NCBI GenBank assembly: GCA_964479735.1
Contig: CAYZNT010000018.1
Location: forward strand, 3,093-67,092
Source of the DNA: an uncultured Clostridia bacterium
GTDB lineage: Bacteria; Acidobacteriota; Aminicenantia; UBA2199
Length of the DNA stretch: 64,000 nt
Direction of reading: 5' to 3'
The position numbers were made by a program, and so were the translations under genes. Positions 8,748 to 17,969 of this stretch are shown piece by piece (position 1 is the stretch's first letter; each line of letters begins with the position of its first letter). The notes under the pieces were generated by a model, which did not search any database, was not told the origin of the DNA, and saw nothing but the letters and a program-made list of their open reading frames with translations.

Positions 8748-8839
8748 GACCCGGAGTGTACGCCGGCGGCCTCGGGGAGGCAAGCGGGGAGTTGTGTTCA
8801 CCCCGCATTCGAGGCATAATGGATTTGCAAGGAGAACCC

Positions 8840-10114
8840 ATGGAACGCGAAGACCTCTATCGCCGGATCGCCCAGGCCAACGGGAAAAAGATCGTGCTGG
8901 TGGTGCTCGACGGGCTCGGCGGGCTGCCCGAGAAGGGCCGCACCGAGATGGAGACCGCCGCCACCCCCAATCTCGACCTGCTCGCCGCCGAGAGCGAGCT
9001 GGGGCTGAGCCACCCCATCGCCCCGGGCATCACCCCCGGCTCCGGGCCGGCCCACCTCGGCCTGTTCGGGTACGACCCGCTGAAGTACGAAATCGGCCGC
9101 GGCATCCTCGAGGCGCTCGGCGTGGGAATCGAGGTGGGGGCGCGCGACGTCACCGCCCGCGGCAACTTCGCGACCCTGGAAGACGGGCTGATCACCGACC
9201 GCCGCGCCGGGCGCATCCCCACCGAGAGGAACCGCGAGATCATCGCCCACCTGGGCAAGCGCATCACCCGCATCGACGACGTCGACGTGCTGCTCACCCC
9301 CGGCGAGGAGCACCGCTTCGTGGTCGTGTTCCGGGGCGACGGGCTGAGCGACGAATTGAGCGACGCCGACCCCGAGGCGGTCGGCGTGCCGCCGCGGCCG
9401 GCGCGCCCCAAGAGCCCGGAGGCGGAAAAGACGGCCCACATCGTCAACTCCTTCCTGGAGCGCCTGGTCGCCGAGCTGAAGGGCTTCCGGCCCGCCAACG
9501 CCGCCTTGCTGCGCGGATTCGCCAAGTACCCGGCCATCCCGCCGATGAAGGAGCTGTTCCAGCTGCGCGCCGCGGCCATCGCCGTCTATCCCATGTACCG
9601 CGGACTGGCCCAGCTGGTGGGCATGGACATCCTGCCCACCGGCCGCACCCTGGCCGACGAGGTGGCCACCTTGCGCGCCCACTTCGACGCCCACGAATTC
9701 TTCTTCCTGCACGTCAAGAAGACCGACTCCTACGGCGAGGACGGCGATTTCGCCGCCAAGGTGCACGTCATCGAGGAGTTCGACCAGCAGCTGCCGGCGC
9801 TGCTCGAGCTGCGCCCCGACGTGCTGGTGGTCACCGGCGACCACTCCACCCCGGCGCGCATGAAGGGGCACTCCTGGCATCCCAACCCGGTGCTGCTCAA
9901 GTCGGAGTTTTGCCGGGTCGCCCCCCTGTCCCTGCGGACGCTGGACTACGCCCGGCGCGACCCCGAAGCCGGATCGGCCGCCGCCGGCGAGGGCGGCGGC
10001 CTGAAGTTCTGCGAGCGCACCTGCGGCGCCGGGGTGCTGGGCCAGTTCCCGGCCACCGACATCCTGCCGCTGGCCATGGCCCACGCGCTGAAGTTCAAGA
10101 AATATGGCGCCTGA
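8840..10114 (+). CDS. apgM: 2,3-bisphosphoglycerate-independent phosphoglycerate mutase (archaeal/ApgM type)
   Basis: KIVLVVLDGLGG, TPGSGPAHLGLFGYDP, ARGNFAT, FLHVKKTDSYGEDG, VTGDHSTP. SD GGAG before ATG 8840. Confidence 0.93.
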   Translation: MEREDLYRRIAQANGKKIVLVVLDGLGGLPEKGRTEMETAATPNLDLLAAESELGLSHPIAPGITPGSGPAHLGLFGYDPLKYEIGRGILEALGVGIEVGARDVTARGNFATLEDGLITDRRAGRIPTERNREIIAHLGKRITRIDDVDVLLTPGEEHRFVVVFRGDGLSDELSDADPEAVGVPPRPARPKSPEAEKTAHIVNSFLERLVAELKGFRPANAALLRGFAKYPAIPPMKELFQLRAAAIAVYPMYRGLAQLVGMDILPTGRTLADEVATLRAHFDAHEFFFLHVKKTDSYGEDGDFAAKVHVIEEFDQQLPALLELRPDVLVVTGDHSTPARMKGHSWHPNPVLLKSEFCRVAPLSLRTLDYARRDPEAGSAAAGEGGGLKFCERTCGAGVLGQFPATDILPLAMAHALKFKKYGA

Positions 10115-10727
10115 AGCGCCGCGCTACCACTGCCTGCCGGTCGGCGACCTGCAGACCAACGCGTACGTCCTGCACCAGGGGGGCCTCGGGTACGTCATCG
10201 ACCCCGGCGCCGAGCCGGAGCGCATCCTGCGGCTCCTGGACACGGAGGCGATCCGCCCGTTGGCCGTCCTGCTCACCCATGGCCACGTCGACCACAGCGG
10301 CGCGGTCGGGGCGCTGCTCGACCGCTTCCGCGTGCCGCTGCTCATCCACCGGGACGACGCCGGGATGGCGGGCTCCTTCGAGACGCGCGAGTTCGCGCGC
10401 CTGCTGTCGCTGCCCACGTCGCCGGCGCCCGACCATCTGCTGGAAGACGGCGAAACCGTCGGCGAAGGCCCGCTGGCCATCACCGTCCACCACACCCCGG
10501 GGCACACGCCGGGCTCGGTGGTCTTTGCCGCCGGGTTGCTGCTCTTCACCGGCGACACGCTGTTCCGCGGCGACGTGGGCCGCACCGACCTGCCGGGCGG
10601 CTCGTGGCCGCAGCTGCAGAGGTCGCTGGCCCGGCTGCGCGGCTTCCCGCCGGCGAGCGTCGTCCTTCCCGGCCACGGCGAGCCATCCATCCTGGCCGAG
10701 GAACTCGAACTCAACCCCTACTTCTGA
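10104..10727 (+). CDS. MBL-fold metallohydrolase (glyoxalase II/YcbL-like)
   Basis: LLTHGHVDHSGA, HTPGHTPGS, FTGDTLF, VLPGHG. Cytoplasmic, overlaps the apgM stop. Confidence 0.9.
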   Translation: MAPEAPRYHCLPVGDLQTNAYVLHQGGLGYVIDPGAEPERILRLLDTEAIRPLAVLLTHGHVDHSGAVGALLDRFRVPLLIHRDDAGMAGSFETREFARLLSLPTSPAPDHLLEDGETVGEGPLAITVHHTPGHTPGSVVFAAGLLLFTGDTLFRGDVGRTDLPGGSWPQLQRSLARLRGFPPASVVLPGHGEPSILAEELELNPYF

Positions 10728-10729
10728 CC

Positions 10730-11635
10730 GTGGCCGCCGGTTCGCCGCTTGCCCCCCACGTCGCCCGATTTCTCACCTGGCTGGGCATCGAGAAGGGGCT
10801 GAGCCCCAACACCGTCCTCTCGTACGGCCAGGAGCTGCGCGCCCTGCTCGAATTCCTCCACGGCGCCGGTTGCCGCTCCTTCCCGGGTGAGGGCGAGCTG
10901 CTGCGATTCGTGCAGGCGGACCGCGGGAAGCGCGCCGTCACCTCGCAGGCCCACCGGGTGTCGGTGCTCCGGAGTTTCTACCGCTGGCTGCTGGCCGAGG
11001 GCGTCGTGGACGCTTCCCCGCTGGCGGGGGTGACCCCGCCCAAGCGCTGGCGCACGCTTCCCAAGTACCTCTCCACCGAGGAGGTGGACCGCCTGCTGGC
11101 CGCGCCCCAGGCCGACACCCCCGCCGGCCGCCGCGACCTGGCCATCCTGGAGCTGATGTACGCCACCGGCGCGCGCATCTCCGAGATCTGCGACCTGAAG
11201 CTGGAGCAGCTGCACCTGGCCGACGGCTTCTGCCGGGTGATCGGCAAGGGCGACAAGGAGCGCATCGTCCCGGTCGGCGGCCAGGCCCTGCAGCGCCTGC
11301 AGGAATACCTTTCCGGCGCCCGGTCCGCCCTGCTCAAAAGGGGGGCCTGCGAGCGCCTCTTCCTCAACCGCTACGGCCGCCGCCTCTCGCGCCAGGGGCT
11401 GTGGAAGATCATCAAGGGCTACGGCCGGCTGGCCGGGGTGGAGAAGCGCCTGACCCCCCACGTGCTGCGCCACTCCTTCGCCACCCACCTCATCGAGAAC
11501 GGCGCCGACCTGCGCTCCGTGCAGCTCATGCTCGGTCACGCCTCCATCGCCACCACCGAGATCTACACCCACGTGGCCCGCGACCAGGTGCGCCGCGTCT
11601 ACGACCGCTTCCACCCGCGCAGCGACAAGAAATAG
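10730..11635 (+). CDS. xerD: Site-specific tyrosine recombinase XerD
   Basis: GTG 10730. LPKYLS, RDLAILELMYATGARISE, GKGDKERIVP, TPHVLRHSFATHLIENGADLRSVQLMLGHASIATTEIYTHV. Confidence 0.9.
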   Translation: MAAGSPLAPHVARFLTWLGIEKGLSPNTVLSYGQELRALLEFLHGAGCRSFPGEGELLRFVQADRGKRAVTSQAHRVSVLRSFYRWLLAEGVVDASPLAGVTPPKRWRTLPKYLSTEEVDRLLAAPQADTPAGRRDLAILELMYATGARISEICDLKLEQLHLADGFCRVIGKGDKERIVPVGGQALQRLQEYLSGARSALLKRGACERLFLNRYGRRLSRQGLWKIIKGYGRLAGVEKRLTPHVLRHSFATHLIENGADLRSVQLMLGHASIATTEIYTHVARDQVRRVYDRFHPRSDKK

Positions 11636-11761
11636 ACGGGGCCGGCGGAGGCAGAAACCGGTTCTACCGCGTGGAACGCGTCCGCCGCCGAACCGGCCGG
11701 GGAGAGCAGGAAGTGCCGGCAGCCCCGCGATTCCGGCGCCCGCCCCGTCCCCTCCCTCCGG

Positions 11762-12880
11762 TCAGTAGTAGTAGAGCTGCCACTGCAGGTTGAACTGGCT
11801 GTAGCCGGACAAGGCGGCTCCCGGCGCCGACGAGGTCACCCGCTGCCAGAACGCCTTCAGGTTGCCGGTGTGCCCCTTGAACCACCAGGCCAGGCCCACT
11901 CCGACGCGGGACTCGTCGGGGAGGCCGGAAGTCGGCGCCTCCACATCCCGCCTCTCGAATCGGAAAAGCGGCGCCAGCTTGGACTTGTGGTGACGGAAAC
12001 TGGCTTCCGCGAACCACGCCGTCCGCTTGGGAAACAGCCAGAAGCCCTCTCCCTCGGACATCCACGCGTCCGCCTGGGCGGTCAGCACGTGGGGGCCCAC
12101 CGGCACGTCGAGGAACAGGTCGAGCGAGGTCAGGCGAAAATCTCCCTGCCGGTCGTGGGCGGCCCCAAGGCTGAGGATCTTCCTGGCGCCGCCGTAGGTG
12201 CCGGCCAGGAACAGGCCGCCCTCGGCGTCGAGCAGGTTCAGCTGCACCCGGCCGGCGAAACGCAGGGCATTTCCGGACGGCAACCCGCTCCCGGCGGCCG
12301 CCTTCCGCTTTCCCTGGAACACGCCCAGCCGGGTCTCCACCCGCTTCCCGAACAGGTTGGCGCGCACCATCAGGCCGGTGTCCCGACCCCCGTTGTTTTC
12401 CATCAGGGCGCTCTGGTCGAAGGCGAATCGGCCATAATCCAGCCCGTTGAGGGTGGTGGCCCCCTGATTGCTCAGGTGAGCGCCGGGCACCAGCAGCAGT
12501 CCGGCATCCACCCGGACGTCGTCGCTCACCTTCCAGGTCAGCACCATGTCCTGGATCTTCAGGCCGCTGAAGGAGGCCGTTTTCGAGCCGTTGGCGTCCG
12601 CTTTGCCGAGGTCCGGAGAATCCGTCTCCAGGAAAAACTCGAACGACTTGGCCACCGTTCCTCCGAACAGGAGGCGGGTGCGGCGAATGAAGACGTTTCG
12701 GCTCTGGCCGTCCTTGAGCGCGCTGCCGGCGCTCTCGAACTGCGGCTGCAGCAGCACCCCCAGCCGCAGCAGCACGCCGGGCGCCTCGATTTTCAGGCCG
12801 CCGGGCTTCGGTTCCTCCGCGTCCAGGGAGACATGGGCCAACACGAGCAGCACGCCGACGATCCAACCGCCTTTTTTCAT
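11762..12880 (-). CDS. Phosphate-selective outer-membrane porin (OprO/OprP-like)
   Basis: Signal peptide, alternating beta-strands (IRRTRLLFGG, IQDMVLTW), aromatic C-terminus FNLQWQLYY. Directly downstream of pstS. Confidence 0.75.
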   Translation of the reverse strand: MKKGGWIVGVLLVLAHVSLDAEEPKPGGLKIEAPGVLLRLGVLLQPQFESAGSALKDGQSRNVFIRRTRLLFGGTVAKSFEFFLETDSPDLGKADANGSKTASFSGLKIQDMVLTWKVSDDVRVDAGLLLVPGAHLSNQGATTLNGLDYGRFAFDQSALMENNGGRDTGLMVRANLFGKRVETRLGVFQGKRKAAAGSGLPSGNALRFAGRVQLNLLDAEGGLFLAGTYGGARKILSLGAAHDRQGDFRLTSLDLFLDVPVGPHVLTAQADAWMSEGEGFWLFPKRTAWFAEASFRHHKSKLAPLFRFERRDVEAPTSGLPDESRVGVGLAWWFKGHTGNLKAFWQRVTSSAPGAALSGYSQFNLQWQLYYY

Positions 12881-12959
12881 GGTGTCCCCCGTATGCAAAA
12901 CAGTCCCCAGGCCAGCCGGGTCCGTTTCCGGCTTCCGATGCCCGGCTAGACAATATCGA

Positions 12960-13907
12960 CTATTTCCCGAGTTTTTTCAATGCCTCTTGGCGCTTTTGCG
13001 CCGACAGGCCGATGTAGCCGGTTTCGCCGGTGAAGGCCTGGCCCTCCTGCAGCGCCCAGGCGACGAAGGCGGCCAGCACCGGGCTTTGCGGCCGGCCGCG
13101 GCAGACGAAGTAGAGGTCACGGGCCGGCGGCGCCGGGTAGCGGCCCTCGGCGATGGCTCTCATCAGCCCGTCGCGGTCGGCGTAGAAATCCTCTTCCCGG
13201 TCCACGCGGCCGTTGCCGTTGACGTCGACGGGCAGGGCGGAGAGGCCGGCCACCGGCTTCCGGCTGGCGGCGTCGTAGGCGTAGTTGACGTTGTTGAAGC
13301 CGATGCCCAGCACGTCCTTGCGCACCGCCTCGGCGATGCCCGGGTCGCTGTAGACGCCCACGCCCTGCAGGTCCTCTTGCTGACCGCCCAGGAAGAGCGC
13401 CCAGGTCTCGGCGGCGCCGCAGGAATCGGAGCGGGTGTAGACGTGGACCTCCGCCGTTCCGCCCGGCAGCACCTGGCTCCATTCCCGCACCGAACCGTCG
13501 ATCCACAGCCTGCGGAAGGCGGCGGCGGTCAGCCCGCGCTGGCGCAGGGCCTTCAGGTTGGGATTGGCGGCATTGACCACCGGCACGACGGCGTCCCGGC
13601 AGACGGGCACGAACCAGGCCCCCCTGCCGATCTCGGCGGGGTGGATCTCGCGCGAGACCATGCCGATGTCCACGGCGTTGCTCAGCACGTCGGCGATGCC
13701 TTTCCCGGCCCCGCCGGCCGAGATGTCGATGCGCACCCCGGGGTGGAGCCGGCGGAACTCCTCGCTCCACTTGACGGCCATCGGATAGAGGGCGAAAGCG
13801 CCCGACAGGGTGATGGTGCCGGTGAGCCCAACCGGTTTCCGGGCCGCAGCCCCGACCGGGGCGGCCAGGAACAGCAGCACGAGAGAGACGCAGGTGACCC
13901 GGTTCAT
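12960..13907 (-). CDS. pstS: Phosphate ABC transporter substrate-binding protein PstS
   Basis: ITLSGAFALYPM, ISAGGAGKGIADV, DIGMVSRE, YTRSDSCGAAETW, YPAPPARDLYFV. Confidence 0.85.
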   Translation of the reverse strand: MNRVTCVSLVLLFLAAPVGAAARKPVGLTGTITLSGAFALYPMAVKWSEEFRRLHPGVRIDISAGGAGKGIADVLSNAVDIGMVSREIHPAEIGRGAWFVPVCRDAVVPVVNAANPNLKALRQRGLTAAAFRRLWIDGSVREWSQVLPGGTAEVHVYTRSDSCGAAETWALFLGGQQEDLQGVGVYSDPGIAEAVRKDVLGIGFNNVNYAYDAASRKPVAGLSALPVDVNGNGRVDREEDFYADRDGLMRAIAEGRYPAPPARDLYFVCRGRPQSPVLAAFVAWALQEGQAFTGETGYIGLSAQKRQEALKKLGK

Positions 13908-13953
13908 CTCGACCTCCTCGAGCAGAATTCATTCCGCACTTGTGCGCTCCAAA

Positions 13954-13973
13954 TGTAGTACGATCGTACTACA
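13954..13973. promoter_or_regulatory. Perfect 20-bp palindrome TGTAGTACGATCGTACTACA, candidate repressor operator
   Basis: The sequence equals its own reverse complement and overlaps the -10 and expected start site of the pstS promoter. Confidence 0.7.
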
Positions 13974-13991
13974 CAGAAAACATGTTGTCAA
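13963..13991 (-). promoter_or_regulatory. pstS promoter TTGACA-N17-TACGAT
   Basis: Minus strand: TTGACA 13991-13986, 17-nt spacer, TACGAT 13968-13963. Confidence 0.75.
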
Positions 13992-14073
13992 GTGACGACA
14001 GCCCGGCTGCGCTCCGCGCGCCCTCGCCGACCGTGGCGACCGGGGCAAAACGGCTCCGGCCGGAAATGGAGGT

Positions 14074-14102
14074 TTGAAATTTCCCTGCCGTTGATTTACA
14101 AT
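14074..14102 (+). promoter_or_regulatory. ndk operon promoter TTGAAA-N17-TACAAT
   Basis: TTGAAA 14074-79, 17-nt spacer, TACAAT 14097-14102. Confidence 0.7.
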
Positions 14103-14124
14103 GGAAGGGCGGAAAGGGAGCACC

Positions 14125-14529
14125 ATGCGCACCTTGGCCATCATCAAGCCGGACGCCGTCCGGCGCAAGCTCGTTGGCCTGATCATCAGCGAGATCGAAG
14201 TGCACGACTTCGCCATCTCCGCCATCCGCATCCTGCAGCTCAGCCGCGACCAGGCCCACAGCTTCTACGAGGCGCACCGCGAAAAACGGTTTTTCGAGGA
14301 GCTGGTCGACTACATGACCTCGGGCGGCATCTACGTGCTGCTGTTGGAGCGCCGGAACGCGGTGGACGGCTGGCGCCTGCTGATGGGCCCGACCGACCCG
14401 GCCACGGCCGGTTCCGACACCATCCGCGGCCGCTTCGGCCTGAGCAAGACCCAGAACACCGTGCACGGATCGGACTGCCCGGAGTCGGCCGCTCGCGAGA
14501 TCCGCTTCTTCTTCGGAGACTGGACATGA
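14125..14529 (+). CDS. ndk: Nucleoside diphosphate kinase
   Basis: MRTLAIIKPDAV, FFEELVDYMTSG, GTIRG-like DTIRGRFG, NTVHGSD. Confidence 0.96.
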   Translation: MRTLAIIKPDAVRRKLVGLIISEIEVHDFAISAIRILQLSRDQAHSFYEAHREKRFFEELVDYMTSGGIYVLLLERRNAVDGWRLLMGPTDPATAGSDTIRGRFGLSKTQNTVHGSDCPESAAREIRFFFGDWT

Positions 14530-14888
14530 AAAATTTCGCCATAAAGACCAAGATCGCCGAGGGCATCGCCGTCATCTACCCGCGAGGCCACCTGGACGCG
14601 CACAACGTGGCGCGCTTCGAGAAGGAGATCGTGCGCCTGATCCGCGACAGCAACTTCAACATCGTCATCAACGGCCGCGAGCTCAACTACATCACCTCGG
14701 CCGGCATGGGCATCATCATGGGGTACATCGACGAGGTGCGCGAGAAGGGCGGCGACATCAAGCTGTGCGCCCTCAACGAACGCGTCTTCGATACCTTCGA
14801 CCTGGTCGGTTTCACCGGCATCTACGACTTCGTGCCGGACGAGGAAGCGGCCGTGGCCCGGTTCAAGCATGTTCAACCAGACGCCTGA
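14526..14888 (+). CDS. STAS-domain anti-sigma factor antagonist (RsbV/SpoIIAA-like)
   Basis: ATGA overlap with ndk. GHLDAHNV, LNYITSAGMG (phospho-Ser), GGDIKLCAL, VFDTFDLVGF. Confidence 0.9.
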   Translation: MKNFAIKTKIAEGIAVIYPRGHLDAHNVARFEKEIVRLIRDSNFNIVINGRELNYITSAGMGIIMGYIDEVREKGGDIKLCALNERVFDTFDLVGFTGIYDFVPDEEAAVARFKHVQPDA

Positions 14889-15297
14889 GTTCTCCATCAC
14901 CATCCTCTCGCAGACGCAGCTGCTGAAGATGGTGGTCGAGCTGACGCGCCACCTGGCCACCCTCTACCACTTTCCGTCGGCGGAGGCGCAGAAGATCTCG
15001 CTGGCCCTCGACGAGGCGGTGACCAACGTCATCAAGCACTCCTACCGGAACAACCAGCACCGCGAGATCACCATCGACTACTTCATGGCCGGCAACGGCG
15101 TCATGATCCGCATCACCTACGGCGGCATTCCGCCGACCCTGACCGAGCAGGAGATCAACCTGGGCCGCATGATCAAGAACAAGCGCAAAGGCGGCCTGGG
15201 CGTCAAGTTGATGCGCTCCATCATGGACTCGGTCGACTACAGCACCGTCAACGGCAAGAACCGCTGCGAAATGATCAAATGGCAGAAGGCGATCTGA
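14869..15297 (+). CDS. Anti-sigma factor / Ser kinase (RsbW/SpoIIAB-like HATPase)
   Basis: LALDEAVTNVIKHSY (N box), KGGLGVKLMRSIMDSVDY (G2 box). Confidence 0.88.
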   Translation: MFNQTPEFSITILSQTQLLKMVVELTRHLATLYHFPSAEAQKISLALDEAVTNVIKHSYRNNQHREITIDYFMAGNGVMIRITYGGIPPTLTEQEINLGRMIKNKRKGGLGVKLMRSIMDSVDYSTVNGKNRCEMIKWQKAI

Positions 15298-16544
15298 ACC
15301 GGCTGCAACGCGAGCTGCGGTTCAGGAAGCTGCAGCTGGACTCCATCTACGAGCTGGCCCTGGCGCTGCAGTCGAGCACCGACGTCGACGCCATCCTGCG
15401 CCTCTTCTTCTCCGTCGTCATGGGGCCGCTCGGTCTGTCGCGCGCCTTCTTCCTGCACCGCGAGCACGAGCTGCTGCGCAAGAAGGGCTTCAAGACCAGC
15501 GCGGCGGAGCGCGACGCGCTGCTGCGCCACCTGACCGGCTGCTGCAGCGGGGCGCGCCTGGAGGCGGTGCAGGACCTGCCCGACGACCGGCGCGAGCTGC
15601 GCGAGCTGCTGCTGGCGCGCGGCATCCACTACCTGCTGAACATCTCGCCGGGCCGCCGGAAGACGGTCCTCCTCGGCGTCGGCCGCAAGTTCAACCGGCT
15701 GCCGCTGACCGACGACGACGTCGAGTTCATCCTCTTCCTGTCGCGCTTCGCCCTCATCGCCATCGACAACGCCCACTTTCTGGAGCAGATGCTGGAGAAG
15801 AAGCGCATCGAGAACGAGCTGGGCATCGCCCGGCACATCCAGAAGTCGCTGATGCCGCAGGCCATGCCCGACCTGCGCCACTACGAGATGGCCGTCGTCT
15901 ACGAGCCCATCCGCGAGGTCGGCGGCGACTATTTCGACCTGCCCCGGCGGCGCAAGCACCTGCAGTCGCTGGTGCTCGCCGACGTCGAGGGCAAGGGGCT
16001 GCCGGCGGCGCTGCTGGCGGCGTCGTCGCAGGCCATTTTCCACACCCTGAACGAGCTCTACTTCTTCCGCCCCTCCAAGTTCATCCAGAAGGCCAACCAG
16101 CTCATCGCCGAGTTCACCCGCGGCCAGCGCTTCGTCACCCTCTTCTGGATGATTCTCGACGACGAGAATCCGGCGCTGACCTACGTCAACGCCGGCCACG
16201 TGCACCCGTTCCTGCTGTCCCACGGCAAGGAGCGCAAGCTGGACCGCGGCGGCTTCCCCATCGGCTTCGCCACGGACTCGGAGTACGAGGAGGAGAAGCT
16301 GGCGCTGCACCCCGGCGACATCGTCTGCGTGTTCACCGACGGCGTGTGCGAGGTGACCGACGCCGCCGACGCCGAGTTCGGGGAGCAGGCGGTCGTCGAC
16401 CACGTGCGCCGCCACGCCAACCGCCCGGTCGGCGAGATCGCCGACTCGCTCTACCGCAAGATCCGCGAATTCGCCTCCGGGCGCAAGTTCCGCGACGACT
16501 TCACCATCCTGCTGGTGAAGGTGAGGGAGGCGCCACCGTCATGA
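15279..16544 (+). CDS. GAF-like plus PP2C/SpoIIE serine phosphatase (RsbU-like)
   Basis: ELGIARHIQKSLMP, VGGDYFD, LADVEGKGLPAALL, YVNAGH, FTDGV, DDFTILLVK. Confidence 0.92.
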   Translation: MAEGDLNRLQRELRFRKLQLDSIYELALALQSSTDVDAILRLFFSVVMGPLGLSRAFFLHREHELLRKKGFKTSAAERDALLRHLTGCCSGARLEAVQDLPDDRRELRELLLARGIHYLLNISPGRRKTVLLGVGRKFNRLPLTDDDVEFILFLSRFALIAIDNAHFLEQMLEKKRIENELGIARHIQKSLMPQAMPDLRHYEMAVVYEPIREVGGDYFDLPRRRKHLQSLVLADVEGKGLPAALLAASSQAIFHTLNELYFFRPSKFIQKANQLIAEFTRGQRFVTLFWMILDDENPALTYVNAGHVHPFLLSHGKERKLDRGGFPIGFATDSEYEEEKLALHPGDIVCVFTDGVCEVTDAADAEFGEQAVVDHVRRHANRPVGEIADSLYRKIREFASGRKFRDDFTILLVKVREAPPS

Positions 16545-17821
16545 ACACGCTGATCGTCGGGCTGCAGTGGGGGGACGAGGGGAAGGGCAAGGCCATCGAC
16601 TTCCTGGCCGGGGATTTCGACGTGGTCGTCCGCTTCCAGGGCGGCCACAACGCCGGCCACACCATCTACCGCCGGGGGCGCAAGGTGGTGCTGCACCTGC
16701 TGCCGTCGGGCATCTTCGCGCCCCGCGCCCTGTCGGTGATCGCCGCCGGGGTCGTGGTCAACCCGCTGCAGCTGGTCGAAGAGATCGGCCACGCGCGCGG
16801 CCTGGACGTGGCGGTGACGCCCGACAACCTGCGCCTGAGCGAGGCCGCGCCGCTGATCCTGCCCTTCCACCAGCAGCTGGACATCATCTTCGAGGAGTCC
16901 CGCTACGCCAAGATCGGCACCACCCGCCGCGGCATCGGCCCGGCCTACGAAGACCTGAGCGGCCGGCGCGCGGTGTTCGTGCGCGACCTGCTCGACGAGG
17001 GGCGCTTCCTGCGCAAGGTCACCCCGCTCAACGACTACTACAACCGGCTCATCGGCGCCTGGGGCGGGGCGCCGCTGACGCTCGACGCCTACCGCGACGA
17101 GTACCTGGCCGCCGGACGCTTCCTGGGGCCCTTCGTCGCCGACACCACCCGGCTGCTGCAGGGGCTGCACGCCGCCGGACGCTCCATCCTGCTCGAGGGC
17201 GCGCAGGGCACCCTGCTCGACATCCGCCTCGGCACCTATCCCTTCGTCACCTCCTCCCACCCCACCACCGGCGGCGCCCTGGTCGGCACCGGCCTCTCGC
17301 ACAAGGCGATGCAGCGCGTCGTGGGCGTCACCAAGGCCTACACCACGCGCGTCGGCGAGGGGCCGTTCCCGACCGAGCTCGGCGGCCCGGCGGGCGAAGC
17401 GCTCCGCCAGGCCGGCAACGAGTACGGGGCCACCACCGGACGGCCGCGCCGCGTCGGCTGGCTCGACCTGGTGGCCCTGAAGTACGCGGTCGACGTGAAC
17501 GGCGCCGACGCCCTCTTCCTGACCAAGCTCGACGTGCTCGACGGTCTGCCGGAGATCCGGGTCGCCACCGGCTACGAAATCGACGGCCGGGAGGCGGAGG
17601 GCTTCGCCACCGACACCGAGACCCTGGCCCGGATGCAGCCGGTCTACCGTTCCTTCCCCGGCTGGCGCCGGGACACCTCCGGCGCCCGCCGCCTGGAGGA
17701 GCTGCCCGCCGCCGCCCGCGCCTACCTCGAGTTCATCGAGCGCAGCGTGGGGGCTCCCGTCGGCTTCATCTCGGTGGGCACGGCCCGGGAGCAGACCATC
17801 CGTTGCGATTCGCCCGCCTGA
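16541..17821 (+). CDS. purA: Adenylosuccinate synthetase
   Basis: GLQWGDEGKGK, RFQGGHNAGHT, IGTTRRGIGPAY, EGAQG, YPFVTSS, EYGATTGRPRRVGWLD. Confidence 0.97.
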   Translation: MNTLIVGLQWGDEGKGKAIDFLAGDFDVVVRFQGGHNAGHTIYRRGRKVVLHLLPSGIFAPRALSVIAAGVVVNPLQLVEEIGHARGLDVAVTPDNLRLSEAAPLILPFHQQLDIIFEESRYAKIGTTRRGIGPAYEDLSGRRAVFVRDLLDEGRFLRKVTPLNDYYNRLIGAWGGAPLTLDAYRDEYLAAGRFLGPFVADTTRLLQGLHAAGRSILLEGAQGTLLDIRLGTYPFVTSSHPTTGGALVGTGLSHKAMQRVVGVTKAYTTRVGEGPFPTELGGPAGEALRQAGNEYGATTGRPRRVGWLDLVALKYAVDVNGADALFLTKLDVLDGLPEIRVATGYEIDGREAEGFATDTETLARMQPVYRSFPGWRRDTSGARRLEELPAAARAYLEFIERSVGAPVGFISVGTAREQTIRCDSPA

Positions 17822-17969
17822 CCCCCGGTTGATTCCCAAGCGCCGCTTCCAGGGGCCACATGAACCTCCGCCTGTCACTTTTTGGCTACAGAAATACGCC
17901 TCCGGCTTGGCATGAATCATGATCCCCCCTTGCTGGCATGGCCCCATCCATGCTCCGACAGGAGGGAAA

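Noticed and set aside
10104-10727. A second beta-lactamase
   Set aside because: HxHxDH glyoxalase-II-type motif, no signal peptide and no Cys221: a generic MBL-fold hydrolase.
10730-11635. Tyrosine recombinase as a prophage or island integrase
   Set aside because: Motifs and size are XerD-like, it is operonic with apgM and an MBL hydrolase, and there is no tRNA, att repeat, GC shift or phage gene nearby.
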